Of a stretch of 45,537 nucleotides of DNA, positions 1 to 13,129 are shown piece after piece. The DNA is from Chiloscyllium plagiosum (lineage: Eukaryota). Position numbers and translations under genes: made by a program. Below the pieces are notes generated by a model that saw only the letters and a program-made list of their open reading frames with translations, made no database searches and had not been told where the DNA came from. The DNA lies in NCBI RefSeq assembly GCF_004010195.1, contig NW_025215213.1:27594-73130 (forward strand), written 5' to 3'. Every line of letters begins with the position of its first letter. Within the stretch, counting starts at the first letter, position 1.

Positions 1-2877
1 TTCTTGCAAAGAGAAAAAAGGCCCCTCAGACTATTACATCCATCAAGGAAAGTACGGGAATTTTGACTCATGATCACAAAAAGATTAATGCGATCTTTAG
101 AGAATTTTATTCTGAGTTATATAAATCACAGGATTGTGAAGATAGGACGAAGAGGATGCAGTCATTTTTTAAAAATTTGACTTTTCCAGGCCTAACTCCG
201 GAACAAGTATCGGTCCTAAATGCTCCTCTTACACTCCAAGAAATACTTGATGCAATTAGGCAACTTCAGAATGGTAAGGCACCGGGCCCAGATGGGTTTT
301 CAAGCTGAATTCTATAAAGAATTTACAGAAATACTGGTTGGTCCGCTTATGGACATGTATAACTATACATATAGTCAGGACTGTCTCCCGCCTTTGCTGA
401 AAGAGGCAAATATCTCTCTTATCCTTAAAAAAGGAAAGGACCCAGAAGATTGTACATCATACAGACCAATATCCTGGCTAAATGTAGATTTTAAAAACCT
501 CTCTAAAACGTTAGCACTGAGACTAGAAAGGATACTGCCACATATTATAAAGGAGGATCAGACGGGGTTTATTAAGGGCCGTAGATCATCCAATAATGTT
601 AGAAGGGTTCTGAATATGATTCAAGCTTGTCATCAGGGAAAGATACCAGGAGTAGTGGTTTCATTAGACGCGGAAAAGGCATTTGATAGGGTCGAATGGT
701 CATATTTGTTTTACACATTGGAGAGGTTTGGCGTTGGACAGGTGTTTACCAAATGGGTCTCAACATTGTATAGTGATCCCAAAGCAGTTGTGGTTACCAA
801 TGGATTAGGTTCGGATAGCTTCAGTGTGGGTAGGGCCTGTCGTCAGGGATGTCCCCTCTTGCCATTGTTATTTACGCTAATAATTGAACCACTAGCAGAA
901 GCTATACGAGCTGATCCTAATATAGTGGCTCCAAGGATTGGTATAGGTAAACATAAAATTACCCTTTATGCAGATGATGTTCTTCTATTCCTCAGTAACC
1001 CTCTGATGTCCATACCTCGCCTAATCCAAGTTATTAATACATTTAGTGCATGCTCAGGCTATAAAATTAATTTTTCAAAATCGGAGGCTATGCCAATGGG
1101 TGGCCTTGCTATGATACCCCGCTTAGCGGACGGATCCCTCTTTCCCTTTCGCTGGTCCCTGAAGGGCTTCTTATATTTAGGCATTTTTATTACTCCAGTA
1201 TTTGGTCAGTTGTATAAGGCTAATTTTGTGTATTTATTGGAAAGGATAAGGCAGGACCTCCAGCGATGGGGAGACCTACCAATTTCCTGGTTGGGTAGCA
1301 TAGCACTAATCAAAATGAATGTCCTGCCCCGTCTCCTATATCCTATGAGAATCCTTCCGGTGATGCTGCCGAGGACGGCTTTATGTAAATTATATGGCTG
1401 GCTGGGTTCCTTTATCTGGAATCATAGGTGGCCCCTCATTAAGCTGAAGAAGCTACAGCTTCCACAGGCAAGGGGTGGATTGGACTTCCCAGACTTTAGG
1501 AAATATCAGTTAAGTTCCCTATTAAGTTACATAGCTGATTGGGTCTTGTCTGATCCACAATCAATCTGGTTGGACATCGAGGCCTCTCAAGTAAAATACC
1601 CACTTATTAATCTTTTATTTTCAGACAAGAGGAAAATCATTACAGATCACTGTAAAAAACCTATAATACTGAATACAATCAAGGCTTGGAATATAATGCG
1701 GCAAAAATGAGGGCAATTCACATAAAACATCCCCCTATGCACCGATAGTGGGAGCATGGGGATTCAAACCGGGGTTAACAGATGCCACTTTTAAACTCTG
1801 GAGAGCCAGGGGTATCTCATGTCTCGGGGATTTATTTAAAGATGGGGTCCTGATGTCTTTCGGACAGCTGCGTCAGAAATTCAGATTACCCAATGGAGAC
1901 CTCTTTCGATACTTCCAAATTCGAGATTTTATACAGAAGAAGACTACATTATTAGATAGTCTTTATAAATCCGATAGAGAATGTAGTGTCCTACGACCAG
2001 TGGGGGATCTTCCAAACAGTACTATTTATCATTTACTACATGATGAAGTAACGGGAGATATGGATAATCTGCTTAAAACATGGGATCAGGATCTGGGACT
2101 AGAAATCTCCACAGAAACGTGAAATGATATTTGGGAAAATGCTAGAAGNNNNNNNNNNNNNNNNNNNNNNNNNNNNNNNNNNNNNNNNNNNNNNNNNNNN
2201 NNNNNNNNNNNNNNNNNNNNNNNNNNNNNNNNNNNNNNNNNNNNNNNNNNNNNNNNNNNNNNNNNNNNNNNNNNNNNNNNNNNNNNNNNNNNNNNNNNNN
2301 NNNNNNNNNNNNNNNNNNNNNNNNNNNNNNNNNNNNNNNNNNNNNNNNNNNNNNNNNNNNNNNNNNNNNNNNNNNNNNNNNNNNNNNNNNNNNNNNNNNN
2401 NNNNNNNNNNNNNNNNNTAATTATGGAATGTGTTCCCCTTGACTTCCTTACAAATATGGTGCACCGAAAGACCGAATTATTTTATAAAATATGGCAGCCC
2501 TTCTTGAATTACATAAATACAGATATTTCGGCTATCCTAACAAGGGCTTTTATTTAATTGAGATTACAAACCTGGCTGGTCCGGGGCCTCTCGGGGGAGG
2601 AATCCCGCACGAATACGGGTTTTATTACATCTGATGCTAACACATTCCGAGCATGTAAGAGACTTAAATATACACTCTGGTTAGTTGTCGGTTGGATTAG
2701 TAGATAGTTGAGTTTTGTTTTTTTTTCTTTTTTTCGTTTTTTTTGTTTTTTTTGTTAAATTTTGGCTATTGTATATTTGAACTAATTGTATATCAATGTT
2801 TATATCTGAGAGTTTTTGTTTATTTTTGTAAACTTGTAAAAATGTTAAATTTCTAATAAAAATATCTATAAAAAAAG
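1..2877 (+). mobile_element. L1/Tx1-clade LINE, 3' portion (ORF2 RT to C-terminus, T-rich 3' UTR, poly-A)
   Basis: Frameshifted ORFs 63-308, 220-1710 and 1748-2122 with KAPGPDGF, YRPISWLNVDFK, LDAEKAFDRVEW, RQGCPL.P and LYADD motifs; C-terminal IWQPFLNY near 2490; AATAAA near 2856 followed by an A-run to 2877. Confidence 0.92.
220..1710 (+). pseudogene. Reverse transcriptase domain of L1/Tx1 ORF2 (496-aa open stretch, frameshifted at both ends)
   Basis: Non-LTR RT motifs intact within the ORF; continuity with the flanking ORFs requires frameshifts. Confidence 0.9.
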
Positions 2878-3190
2878 AAGGCATGCAGTGTGTTAGCTTT
2901 CATTAGTAGAAGGATTAAGTTTTGGAACCATGAGGTTATGCTGCAACTGTACAAAACTCTGTGGACAATGAAGATGCAAAGAACATCACCAATAGCCCAG
3001 CAATCTCTTTCCTTACTTCCTGTAGGATATATCCCCTATGGCCCAGGGGATTTATCAATCCTTATGTTTTTCAAAATTTTCAGCATATCTTCCTTCCTAA
3101 CATCAACCTGTTCTTGCATATCAGTCTGTTTCATGTTATCCTCAGTCATGAATACTGAAGCAAAGTATTCATTCAGGACCTCAGGTTCCC
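2878..3190. mobile_element. Two short CR1 ORF2 fragments (+ strand 2878-2960, - strand 2961-3190)
   Basis: LAFISRRIKFWNHEVMLQLYKTL on +; VLNEYFASVF..KSPGP on -. Confidence 0.8.
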
Positions 3191-3209
3191 ACCCTCTATC
3201 TAGCTGGAC

Positions 3210-5500
3210 TTTGCTGTGGAAGACACGAGCAATACCCCAAAAATTCAAAAGAGTGAGGAGGCAGAGCTGAACATGGTGGTCATCACCAAGGAGAAGTTGC
3301 TAGAGAAACTGAATGGCCTGAAGGTGGATCAATCACTTGGATCAGATGGACTACACCCCAGAGTTCTAAGAGAGATAGCTGAAGAGATAGTGGCAGCATT
3401 AGTGGTGATCTTTCAGGAATCGCTAATATTAGGGAGGGCCCCAGAGACTGGAAAATTGCTAACGTGACACCCCTGTTTAAAAAGGGAGTAAGGCAAAAGA
3501 TGGAAAATTACAGACGGATTAGCCTAACCTCGGCGTGGGTAAGATCCTGTAATCCATTGCGAAGGATGAGATTTCTAAATATTTGGAAGTGTTTGGTAAA
3601 ATAGGTCAAAGTCAGCAAGGTTTCATCAAAGGAATGTCATCCTTGACAAATCTGTTAGAATTCTTTGAGGAAGTAATGAGCACATTAAACCAAGGAGAGC
3701 CAATGGATATTATCTGCCTGGATTTCAAGAAGGCATTTGAATAGGCGCCGCACAGGAGGTTGCTGAGTAAGATAAGGGCCCATGGTGTTAGAGGCAAGGT
3801 GCTAGCATGGATAGAGGCTTGGCTGTCTGGCAGAGAGCAGAGAGTGGGGATAAAAGGGTCCTTCTCAGGGTGGTAGCCAGTGACAAGTGGTGTTCCACAA
3901 GGCTCAGTGTTGGGACCACAACTTTTCACTTGATACATTAATGATCTAGATGAAGGAACTGAGGGCATGCTGGCTAAGTTAGCAGATGAAACAAAGATAG
4001 GTAGAGGGACAGGTAGCATTGAGGAGGCGGGAAGGCTGCAGAAGGATTTGGACAGGTTGGGAGAATGGGCAAAGAAGTGGCGGATGGAGTACAAATTGGG
4101 AAAGTGTGAAGTCATGCACTTTGGTAGGAAGAATAGAGGCATGGACTATTTTCTAAATGGGGAGAAAATTCAGAAATCTGAAGTGCAAAGTCCAGGATTG
4201 TCTCAAGTAAACTTGCAGGTTGAGTCAGAGTTAGAAAGGTAAATGCAATGATAGTATTTATTTTGAGAGGACTTGAATATAAAAGCAGGGATGTACTTCT
4301 GAGGCTCTATAAGGCTCTGGTCAGACCACATTTGGAGTATTGTGTGCAGTTTTGGGCCCCATATCTCAGGAAGGGTGTACTAGCCCTGGAATGTGTTCAG
4401 AGGAATTGAATTGATTTGAATTGAATTTATTGTCACGTGTACCGAGACACAGTGAAATGCTTTGTCTTGTGAGCAATACAGGCAGATCACAAAGTTAAGT
4501 AGCATAAGTAGTAAATAATAGGTAAACCACAGCAAAAACAAAAACACAGATACAAGCGAATGTTAAGGGTTTGTGAGTCCATTCAGTATTCTAACAACAG
4601 TAGGGTAGAAACTGTTGCGAAACAGGCTGGTGAATGTGTTCAGGCTTCTGATGGTAGAGGTTGTAGAAAAACATTGCCAGGGTGGGATGGATCTTTGAGA
4701 ATGCTGGCAGACTTTCCTTGACAGCGGGCCTGGTAGATGGATCCTATAGATGGGAGGTTGACCTTTGTGATTGTCCGGGCCAAGTCCACCACCCTCTGTA
4801 ACCATCTCTGATCTTGAATGGTACAGTTGCCATACCAGGTAGTGATACATCCAGACAGGATGCTCTCGATGGCGCACCTATAAAAGTTGGCAAGGGTATT
4901 CGCCGTCATGCCAAATTTCCTCAGCTGTCTGAGGAAGAAGAGACGTTGTTGGGCCTTTGTAACCAGTGCGTCCACATGAAAAGTCCAAGCAAGCTTGTTG
5001 TGGATGACCACTACCAGGAGGTTGACACTGAGTTACTGAGAATGGTCCCAGGGATGAAGCTTACCATATGAGGAATGTTTGAGGACTTTGGGTTTATAGT
5101 CAGGGTTTAGAAGGATGAGGGGGGATTTAATTAAAACATACAGAATATTGAATGGCCTGTACAGAATAGATGTTGGGAAAATGTTTCTATTGGTAGGAAA
5201 AACTAGGATCCTCGGGCATAGCCTTAGAGTAAAGGGAACACCTTTTAGAATGGTGATAAGGAGAAAGTTCTTCAGCCAGAGAGTCGTGAATCTATGGAAT
5301 TCCTTGCAACAGAAGACTCTAGATGCCAGGTCATTCAGTATATTTAAGACTGAGATAGATAGGTTCTTGAGTATCAAGGGGATCAAAGATTACGGGTAGA
5401 AAGTGGGAAAATAAGGTTGAGAAACCTATCAGTCATGGCAGAGCAGACTTGATGGGCTGAATGGCCTAATTTCTGCCCCGATGTCTCATGGTCTTATGGT
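3210..5500 (+). mobile_element. CR1-clade LINE ORF2 (RT to 3' tail), interrupted by a Rex1 insertion
   Basis: DGLHPRVL, GVPQGSVLGP, KLADETK and LEYCVQFWAP motifs; resumes near 5031; ends in a TCTCATGG-TCTTATGG tail near 5485-5500. Confidence 0.9.
4405..5030 (-). mobile_element. Rex1/Babar-type non-LTR retrotransposon, 5'-truncated 3' end
   Basis: ORF 4640-5011 KAQQRLFFLRQLRKF..FYRCAIESILSGCITTWYGNC (DUF1891-like post-RT region); minus-strand AATAAA plus (TTCAA)n-like tail at 4405-4432. Confidence 0.85.
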
Positions 5501-5504
5501 CAAA

Positions 5505-6445
5505 TCCCCCCAGTATATTAGTCCCCTTCCACTTTGTGTGAAATCTGATCTTCTTGTACTCGTCTCTTCTACCCCACAAGTAATTCCAATGATCCAAAAA
5601 TGTGAATGCTTCTCCCATACACCAGCTCCTCAGCCATACATTCATTTGTTCTATCCTTCTATTCCTGCCCTCACTAGCTCGTAGCACCAGGAGTAATCCA
5701 GATATTACTATCCTTGAGGATTTCCTTTTTAAATTCCTGCTTAACTTTCTATATTCTCCCTTCAGAATCTCATCCTTTTCCCTTCCTATGTCATTGGTTC
5801 CAATGTGTACAACAACCTCCTGCTAGTCCCTCTTCCTTTTGAGAACATTCTGCACTCTCTCCGAGATATCCTTGATCCTGGTACCAGGGAAGCAACACAC
5901 CATTCTGATGTCTTACTGTCGGCTGCCTCTGATTAGAAAGTCCCTGATCACAGTTGATTGCTTGAAACCTGGCATACCCCTCATTACATTACAGCTGGTC
6001 TCAGTACCAGAAACCTGGCTGTTTCATGCTACATTCCACTGAGAGTCCAACAATCCCTACATTTTCCAAAACAGCATACCTGTGAGATGGGGATAGCCAC
6101 ACAAGACTCCTGCACTACCTGCCTACCCCTCCTACCTTACCTGGAGTTAAGTCATCTACCTGACTGTATCTACAGCTTTTCTCCCTTCCTAGAACTGCAA
6201 TCCATCACATCCCCTAGTTCCTATAATTTCCTCATTGCTTCTAACTGCTTCTCCAACCAATCCACGTGATCTGATATGATTCGCAACTGAACACACTTAC
6301 TCCAAATATAACCATCAGTAACATGGAAACTCTCCTAATCTCCCACATCTGACAGGAAAAGTACATCACTCTGCACCTTAACAATCTATAAACCCAGAAA
6401 GTAGCCAATCTATAAACCAAGATTGGCTCTAAAAAACACTGCTCC
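5505..6445 (-). mobile_element. CR1 ORF1 (zinc-finger plus SGNH esterase-like) and adjacent 5' region
   Basis: VVHIGTNDI, VISGLL and MNVWLRSWC..FLDHW motifs; closely similar to 14590-15590. Confidence 0.85.
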
Positions 6446-6810
6446 ATTTGAAAAAGGTGACTAAACAAATGCAGTGCCAGTGACCATGTAGGTTTGCTGA
6501 TCCAAACAAAATTTGTAAGTAGAGCTAGTGAGGTATTCACATCACTATCAGAGGAGTTTTCTGGGGCATATGAGGAGGTGAAGAAAGCCATTTTCTGTGC
6601 ATATGAGCTTGTGCCAGAAGCCTACAGACAGCGTTTCCGGAATATAAGGAGGGACCCTGGTCAAACCTACCTTGAGTTTGAAAGCATTAAACAAAGTAAT
6701 TTTGATACGTGAATAGGGGCATTAAAAATAGAGCAAACCTATGATGCTCTTGGAGAGACGATCATTTTGGAGGAATTCAAAAATTTACTTCCTGACGTAG
6801 TGAGAATTTA
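6446..6810 (+). mobile_element. Gypsy (Gmr1-like) LTR-retrotransposon gag fragment with SCAN-like capsid region
   Basis: YEEVKKAIFCAYELVPEAYRQRFR..PGQTY, then after an in-frame stop IILEEFKNLLPDVVR. Confidence 0.8.
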
Positions 6811-8578
6811 TAGAGTCATAGAGATGTATAGCATGGAAACAGACCCTTTGATTTAATTCGTCCATTCCAACCAGATATTCTAACCTAATCTAGTCCCAGC
6901 ACTTGACCCACATCCCTTTAAACCCTTCCTATTCAAATTCCCATCCAGGTGCCTTTTAAATGTTATGATTTTACCAACCTCCACCACTTCCTCTGACAGC
7001 TCATGAGATACATGCACCACCCTCTGCATGAAAACATTGACCCTTAAGTCCCTTTAAATTTTTCCTCTCTCACCCTAAACCTATGCTCTCTAGTTCTGGA
7101 CTCCCCCAACCCAGGGAAAAGACCTTGTCTATTTACCTTATCCTTGCCCCTCACAATTTTGTAAACCTCTATAAGGTCACCCCTCAGCCTCTGACACTCC
7201 AGGGAAAACAGCCCCAGCCTATTTAGCCTCTCCCGATAACTCAAACCCTCCAACCTTTGCAACATTCTTGTAAATCTTTTCTGAACCCTTTCAACTTTCA
7301 CAACATCCTTCCAATAGGAGGAAGACCAGAACTACGCACAATATTCCAAAAGTGTGGAATATTGTGTGCAGTACCCTGTACAGCCACAACATGACCTCCC
7401 AACTCCTGTACTCAATACTTTGACCAATAAAGGAAAACACACCAAATGCCTTTGTTCTATCCTATCTACCTGCAACTCCACTTTCAAGGAACTATGAACC
7501 TACACTCCAAGGTCCCTTTGTTCAGACCTGATTTGCCTTTCCAAAATGCAGCATCTCACATTCATCTAAATTAAACTCCATCTGCTACTCCTCAGCCTGT
7601 TGGCCCATCTGATCAAGATCCTGTTGTTCTCTGAGGTAACCTTCTTTGCTGTCCACTACACCTTGAATTTCAGTGTCATCCGCAAACTTACTAACTATAT
7701 CTCCTATGTTCACATCCAAATCATTTATGTAAATGACGAAAAGCTGTGGACACAGCACCAATCCTTGTGGCGCACCACTGGTCACTGGCCTCCAGTCTGA
7801 AAGGCAACCACCAACCTCTGTCTTCTACTTTCAAGATAATTCTGTATGCCAATGGCTAGTTCTCCCTGTATTCCATGAGATCTAACCTTGCTAACCAGTC
7901 TACCATAAGGAACCTTGTCGAACGCCTTACTGTAGCCCATATAGATCATGTCGACTACTCCTCCATCATCAATCATCTTTTGTTACTTCTTCAGAAAACT
8001 CAATCAAGCTCGTGAGATATGATTTCACACGCACAAAGCTGTGTTGACTATCCCTAATCAGTCTTTGCCTTTACAAATGGATATAAATCCTGTCCTTAAG
8101 AATTCCCTCCAACAACTTCCTGAATGGTATAGGGGGGATGTCAGGGGTAGGTTCTTTACCCAGAGAGTGGTGGGGGCATGGAATGTGCTGCCTGTGGGAG
8201 TGGCAGAGTCAGAATCATTGGTGACCTTTAAGCGGCAATTGGATAGGTACATGGATAGGTGCTTAAGCTAGGACAAATGTTCGGCACAACATCGTGGGCC
8301 GAAGGACCTGTTCTGTGTTGTATTGTTCTATGTTCTATGTTCTAACTTGCCCACCACTGATGTCAGGCTCGCCGGTCTATAGTTCTCTGGCTTTTCCTTA
8401 CCACCTTTCTTAAATAGTGGCACCACATTAACCAAACTCGTCTTCTGGCACCTCACCTGTGATTATCGATGAAACAAATACCTCGCCAATGAGGCCAGCA
8501 ATCACTTTCTTAGATTCCCACAGAGTTGTAGGGTACACCTAATCAGGTCCCAGGGACTTATCCACTTTCATGCATTTT
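6811..8578 (-). mobile_element. CR1-clade (HER1-like) LINE, RT to 3' end
   Basis: SKAFDKVPYGRL, SKFADDT and ERVQKRFTRML on - strand; CTCTATGACTCTA tail at 6811-6823. Confidence 0.9.
8119..8343 (+). mobile_element. Young CR1 3'-end insertion with 5-bp TSD
   Basis: (TTCTATG)n tail; AACTT duplicated at 8114-8118 and 8344-8348; near-identical to the 3' ends at about 19570-19764 and 43397-43611. Confidence 0.9.
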
Positions 8579-8579
8579 A

Positions 8580-9625
8580 GGAGATAGGGGAAGCGCTAAA
8601 TGAATAATTTTCCTCAGTATTCACACTAGAAAAAGACAATGTTGTCAAGGAGAATGCTGAGATATAGGCTACTAGATAAGATGGGCTGGAGGTTCACAAG
8701 GAGAAGATGTTAGCAATTCTGGAGAGTGTGGAAATAGATAAGCCCCGTGGGCCGGATAGGATCTATCCTCAGATTCTCCGGGAAACCAGGGAGGAGATTG
8801 CAGAGCCTTTGACTTTGATCTTTCTGTCGTCATTGTCTCCAGAAAGAGTGCTAGAAGACTGGAGGATAGCAAATGTTGTCCCCTTGTTCAAGAAGGGGAG
8901 TTGAGGCAACCCTGGTAATTATAGACCAGTGAACCTTATATTGGTTGTGGGTAAAGTGTTGGAAAAGGTTATAAGATGTAGGATTTATAATCATCTTGAG
9001 AGGAATAAGTTGATTAGAGATAGTCAACATGGTTTTATGAAAGGTAGGTCGTGCCTCACAAACCTTATTGAGTCCTTTGAGAAGGTGACCAAACAGGCGG
9101 TTGATGGGAAATGTTCAACCTGGAGTTCAGTTACTAGTGGTGTACTGCAGGCATCTGTTTTGGGGCCACTGATGTTTGTCATTTTTATATATGACTTAGA
9201 TGAGGGCATAGAAGGATGGGTTAGTAAATTTGCGGATGACACTAAGGTCATTGGAGTTGTGGATAATGCTGCGGTACCTTGCAGGTTACAGAGGGACATA
9301 GATAAGTTGCAGTGCTGGGCTGAGAAGTGGTAAATGGAGTTTAATGCAGAAGTGTGAAATGATTCACTTTGGAAGGAGCAACAGGAATGCAGAGTTCTGA
9401 GCTAATGGTAAGATTCTTGATAGTGTCTAAGAGCCCTTTTTGGCCACCCGATTTCCCTCATAAGTATTCCTACTGCATTTATATTCTTCTAAGGATACAC
9501 TCGATTTCTGCTGTCTGCACCTGACATATGCTTCCTTCTTTATCTTAACCAAACCTCAATTTCTCTAGTCATCCAGCACTTCCTACACCTACCAGCTTTG
9601 CCTTTCACGCTAATAGGAATATACT
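8580..9625. mobile_element. CR1 ORF2 fragments (+ 8580-9427 with an internal deletion near 9098; - 9428-9625)
   Basis: DWRIANVVPLFKKG, SQHGFMKGRSCLTNL and SKFADDTK; the KAFDKV segment is missing between KVTKQ and VDGKCS. Confidence 0.85.
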
Positions 9626-10090
9626 GTCACTCCCACTCCGCCAAGGACATGCAGGTCCTGGGCCTCCTCCATTGTTACTCCCTACCACCTGACACCTGGA
9701 GGTAGAAAATCTCATCTTCCGTCTCAGGACCCTCCAACACCATGGATTCAATGTGGACTTCACCAGTTTTCTAATTTCTCCTGCCCCTACCTTACCCCAG
9801 TTCCAACCTTCCAGCTCAGCACTGTCCTCATGACCTGTCCCACCTGTCAATCTTCCTTCCCACATTTCTGCTCCACCTTCCTCTCTGACCTAACACCTTT
9901 ACCCCACCTCCATCCATCTATTGCACTCTCAGCTACCTTCTCCCCAGCTCCACCCCCTTCCCATTTATCTCTCCACCCCCAAGGCTCCCAGCCTCTTTCC
10001 TGATGAAGGACTTTTGCCCAAAACGTCGATTTTCCTGTTCCTCAGATGCTGCCTGACCTGCTGTGCTTTTCAAGCACCACTCTAATCTCT
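9626..10090 (+). mobile_element. Penelope-like element 3' end (GIY-YIG C-terminus, C-rich UTR, hammerhead-bearing pLTR)
   Basis: HSAKDMQVLGLLH and, after a frameshift, ENLIFRLRTLQHHGFNVDF; CTGATGA at 10000-10006 followed by a hairpin and (G>A)AAACGTC. Confidence 0.8.
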
Positions 10091-10110
10091 GCCCTGCCTT
10101 ATTTCCCAAG

Positions 10111-10400
10111 GTTAAAAATCACACAACACCAGATTATAGTCCAACAGGCTTATTTGGAAGCAGTAGCTTTCGCAGTTCTGCTCCTTCATCAGGTGATTGT
10201 GGAGTTTAAGATCATAAGGCATAGAATTTATAGTAAAAGATTACAGTGTCATGCAACTAAAATGATATATTGAACAAACCTGGATTTGTTAAGTCTTTCA
10301 TCTTTTAGGATGGGTTGCAGGTTTTGCTTCATTAATTTTCCAATCCCAGAACTTCTTTAAAGTTACCTTCTCAAGATAACTTAAGATTTATAACAAAACA
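10111..10400 (-). mobile_element. PLE pLTR fragment with hammerhead motif (same family as 31853-33029)
   Basis: Matches 31890-32190; minus strand CACCTGATGAAGGAGCAGAACTGCGAAAGCTA at about 10164-10195. Confidence 0.75.
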
Positions 10401-10404
10401 TGAC

Positions 10405-10972
10405 ATGGATGTAGGTTTGCTCGCTGAACTGGAAGGTTCATTTTCAGATGTTTCATAACCATACTATGTAACATCTTTAGTGAGCCTCTGGAAGAAGCAC
10501 TATTGGTGTTTCCTGCTTTCTATTTATGTGTTTGGGTTTCGTTGGGTTGGTGATGCAATTTCCTGCGGTGACGTATTTCCTATGGTGATGTCATTTCCTG
10601 TTCTTTTTCTCAGGGGGTGGTAAATGGGATCCAAGTCAATGTGTTTATTGATAGAGTTCCGGTTGGAATGTCATGCTTCTAGGAATTCTTGTGTATGTCA
10701 CTATTTGACTTTTCCTAGGATGTATGTATTGTCCCAGTTGAAGTGGTGTCCTTCCTTATCTGTATGTAAGGATACTAGTGAGAGAGGGTCATGTCGTTTT
10801 GTAGCTAGTTGATGTTCAAAAAGAATGAGTATCCAACGAACACAGTCTGCCGATTTCTCAGCAACAAACCCAAACAAGCAGACAAAACATTTCCAGAAAC
10901 CCTAACCACTCTGCCCTACATCAAAGTCATTTTGGAAATGACTGCCAGACTACTCAGACCCCTTAGCATCAT
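10405..10972. mobile_element. Penelope/Poseidon-type element with internal inversion (GIY-YIG and pLTR on -, RT-endonuclease linker on +)
   Basis: Minus strand EHQLATKRHDPLSLVSLHTDKEGHHFNWDNT..EFLEA..SINKHIDLDPIYHPL; plus strand FKKNEYP..TLPYIKVILEMTARLLRP from about 10815; decayed hammerhead on - at about 10444-10482. Confidence 0.8.
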
Positions 10973-13129
10973 GGGGAATCGACAGGAGATTTTGTGGTCA
11001 GGATCGGGATTTCCGGAAGATATGTTGCCTCCCTGGTGCCAGGGTCCGGGACGTTTCCAATCGGGTGTATAAGGTTCTAAAAGGGGAGGGCGAACAGCCA
11101 GAAATCGTGTTACATAATGATAGAGCCAGAAAAAGGATTGAGGACATAAAAAGTGATTTCAGGGAGTTAGGATGGAAGTTGCAAAGCAGGACAAATAGAG
11201 TAGTGTTCTCTAGTTTACTACCGGTGCCACGAGATAGCGAGGTGAGGAACAGGGAGAGGGCGCAGCTTAACACGTGGCTGCGCAGCTGGTGTAGGAGGGA
11301 GGGCTTCAGATATGTAGATAATTGGGATGCCTTCTGGGGAAGGTGGCACCTGTACAAGAAGGACGGGTTGCACCTGAACTAGNNNNNNNNNNNNNNNNNN
11401 NNNNNNNNNNNNNNNNNNNNNNNNNNNNNNNNNNNNNNNNNNNNNNNNNNNNNNNNNNNNNNNNNNNNNNNNNNNNNNNNNNNNNNNNNNNNNNNNNNNN
11501 NNNNNNNNNNNNNNNNNNNNNNNNNNNNNNNNNNNNNNNNNNNNNNNNNNNNNNNNNNNNNNNNNNNNNNNNNNNNNNNNNNNNNNNNNNNNNNNNNNNN
11601 NNNNNNNNNNNNNNNNNNNNNNNNNNNNNNNNNNNNNNNNNNNNNNNNNNNNNNNNNNNNNNNNNNNNNNNNNNNNNNNNNNNNNNNNNNNNNNNNNNNN
11701 NNNNNNNNNNNNNNNNNNNNNNNNNNNNNNNNNNNNNNNNNNNNNNNNNNNNNNNNNNNNNNNNNNNNNNNNNNNNNNNNNNNNNNNNNNNNNNNNNNNN
11801 NNNNNNNNNNNNNNNNNNNNNNNNNNNNNNNNNNNNNNNNNNNNNNNNNNNNNNNNNNNNNNNNNNNNNNNNNNNNNNNNNNNNNNNNNNNNNNNNNNNN
11901 NNNNNNNNNNNNNNNNNNNNNNNNNNNNNNNNNNNNNNNNNNNNNNNNNNNNNNNNNNNNNNNNNNNNNNNNNNNNNNNNNNNNNNNNNNNNNNNNNNNN
12001 NNNNNNNNNNNNNNNNNNNNNNNNNNNNNNNNNNNNNNNNNNNNNNNNTGAGTTAGGAAGCATGGATTGGGAGCAATTGTTCCATGGTAAAGGTACTTTA
12101 GACATGTGGAGACTGTTTAAAGAACAGTTGTCGCGAGTGATGAATAAATATGTCCCTCTGAGACAGGCAAGAAGTGGTAAGATAAAGGAACCTTGGATGA
12201 CGAGAGAGGTGGAGCTTCTCGTCAAAAGGAGAAGATAACTTACATAAGGTGGAGGAAACTAGGGTCAAGCTCAGCTCTAGAGGATTACAGGCAGGCAAGG
12301 AAGGAGCTCAAAAATGGCCTGAGGAGAGCCAGGAGGGGGCACGAGAAAGGCTTGGCAGGACAGATTAGGGAGAACACAAAGGCATTTTACACTTATGTGA
12401 GGAATAAGAGAATGGTCAAAGAAAGAGTAGGGCCGATCAAGGATAGCATAGGGAATTTGTGTGTGGAGTCTGAGGAGGTAGGTGAAGCCCTAAATTAGTT
12501 ATTTACTTCTGTCTTTATGAAAGAAATGAACTTTGTAGTGAATGAAACCTTTGAAGAGCAGGTGTGCATGCTGGAATGGATAGAGATAGAGGAAGCTGAT
12601 GTGCTGAAAATTTTGTCAAACATTAAGATTGACAATTCGCCAAGCCCGGACCAGATTTGTCCTCTGCTGCTTTGGGAAATGAGAAATGCAATTGCTTCGC
12701 CACTTGCGAAGATCTTTGCATCCCCGCTCTCCACCGGAGTCGTACCTGAGGACTGGAGAGAGGCAAATGTAATTCCTCTCTTCAAGAAAGGAAATAGGGA
12801 AATCTCTGGCAATTACAGACCAGTAAGCCTCACGTCTGTCGTCTGCAAGGTGTTAGAAAGGATTCTGAGGGATAGGATTTATGACCATCTGGAAGAGCAT
12901 GGCTTGATTAAGTGTAGTCAGCACGGCTTTGTGAGGGGCAGGTCATGCCTCACAAATCTTATCGAGTTCTTTGAGGATGTGACTAGAAAAGTGTTGATGA
13001 GGGTCGAGCTGTGGATGTGGTGTATGTGGACTTCAGCAAGGCATTTGATAAGGTTCCCCATGGTAGGCTCATTCAGAAGGTCAGGAGGAATGGGATACAG
13101 GGGAACTTAGCTGTCTGGATACAGAATTG

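Noticed and set aside
3612..4142. Antisense ORFs opposite CR1 RT (also 13454-13885 and 41248-41652)
   Set aside because: Recurrent shadow frames of LINE coding sequence with no independent coding evidence
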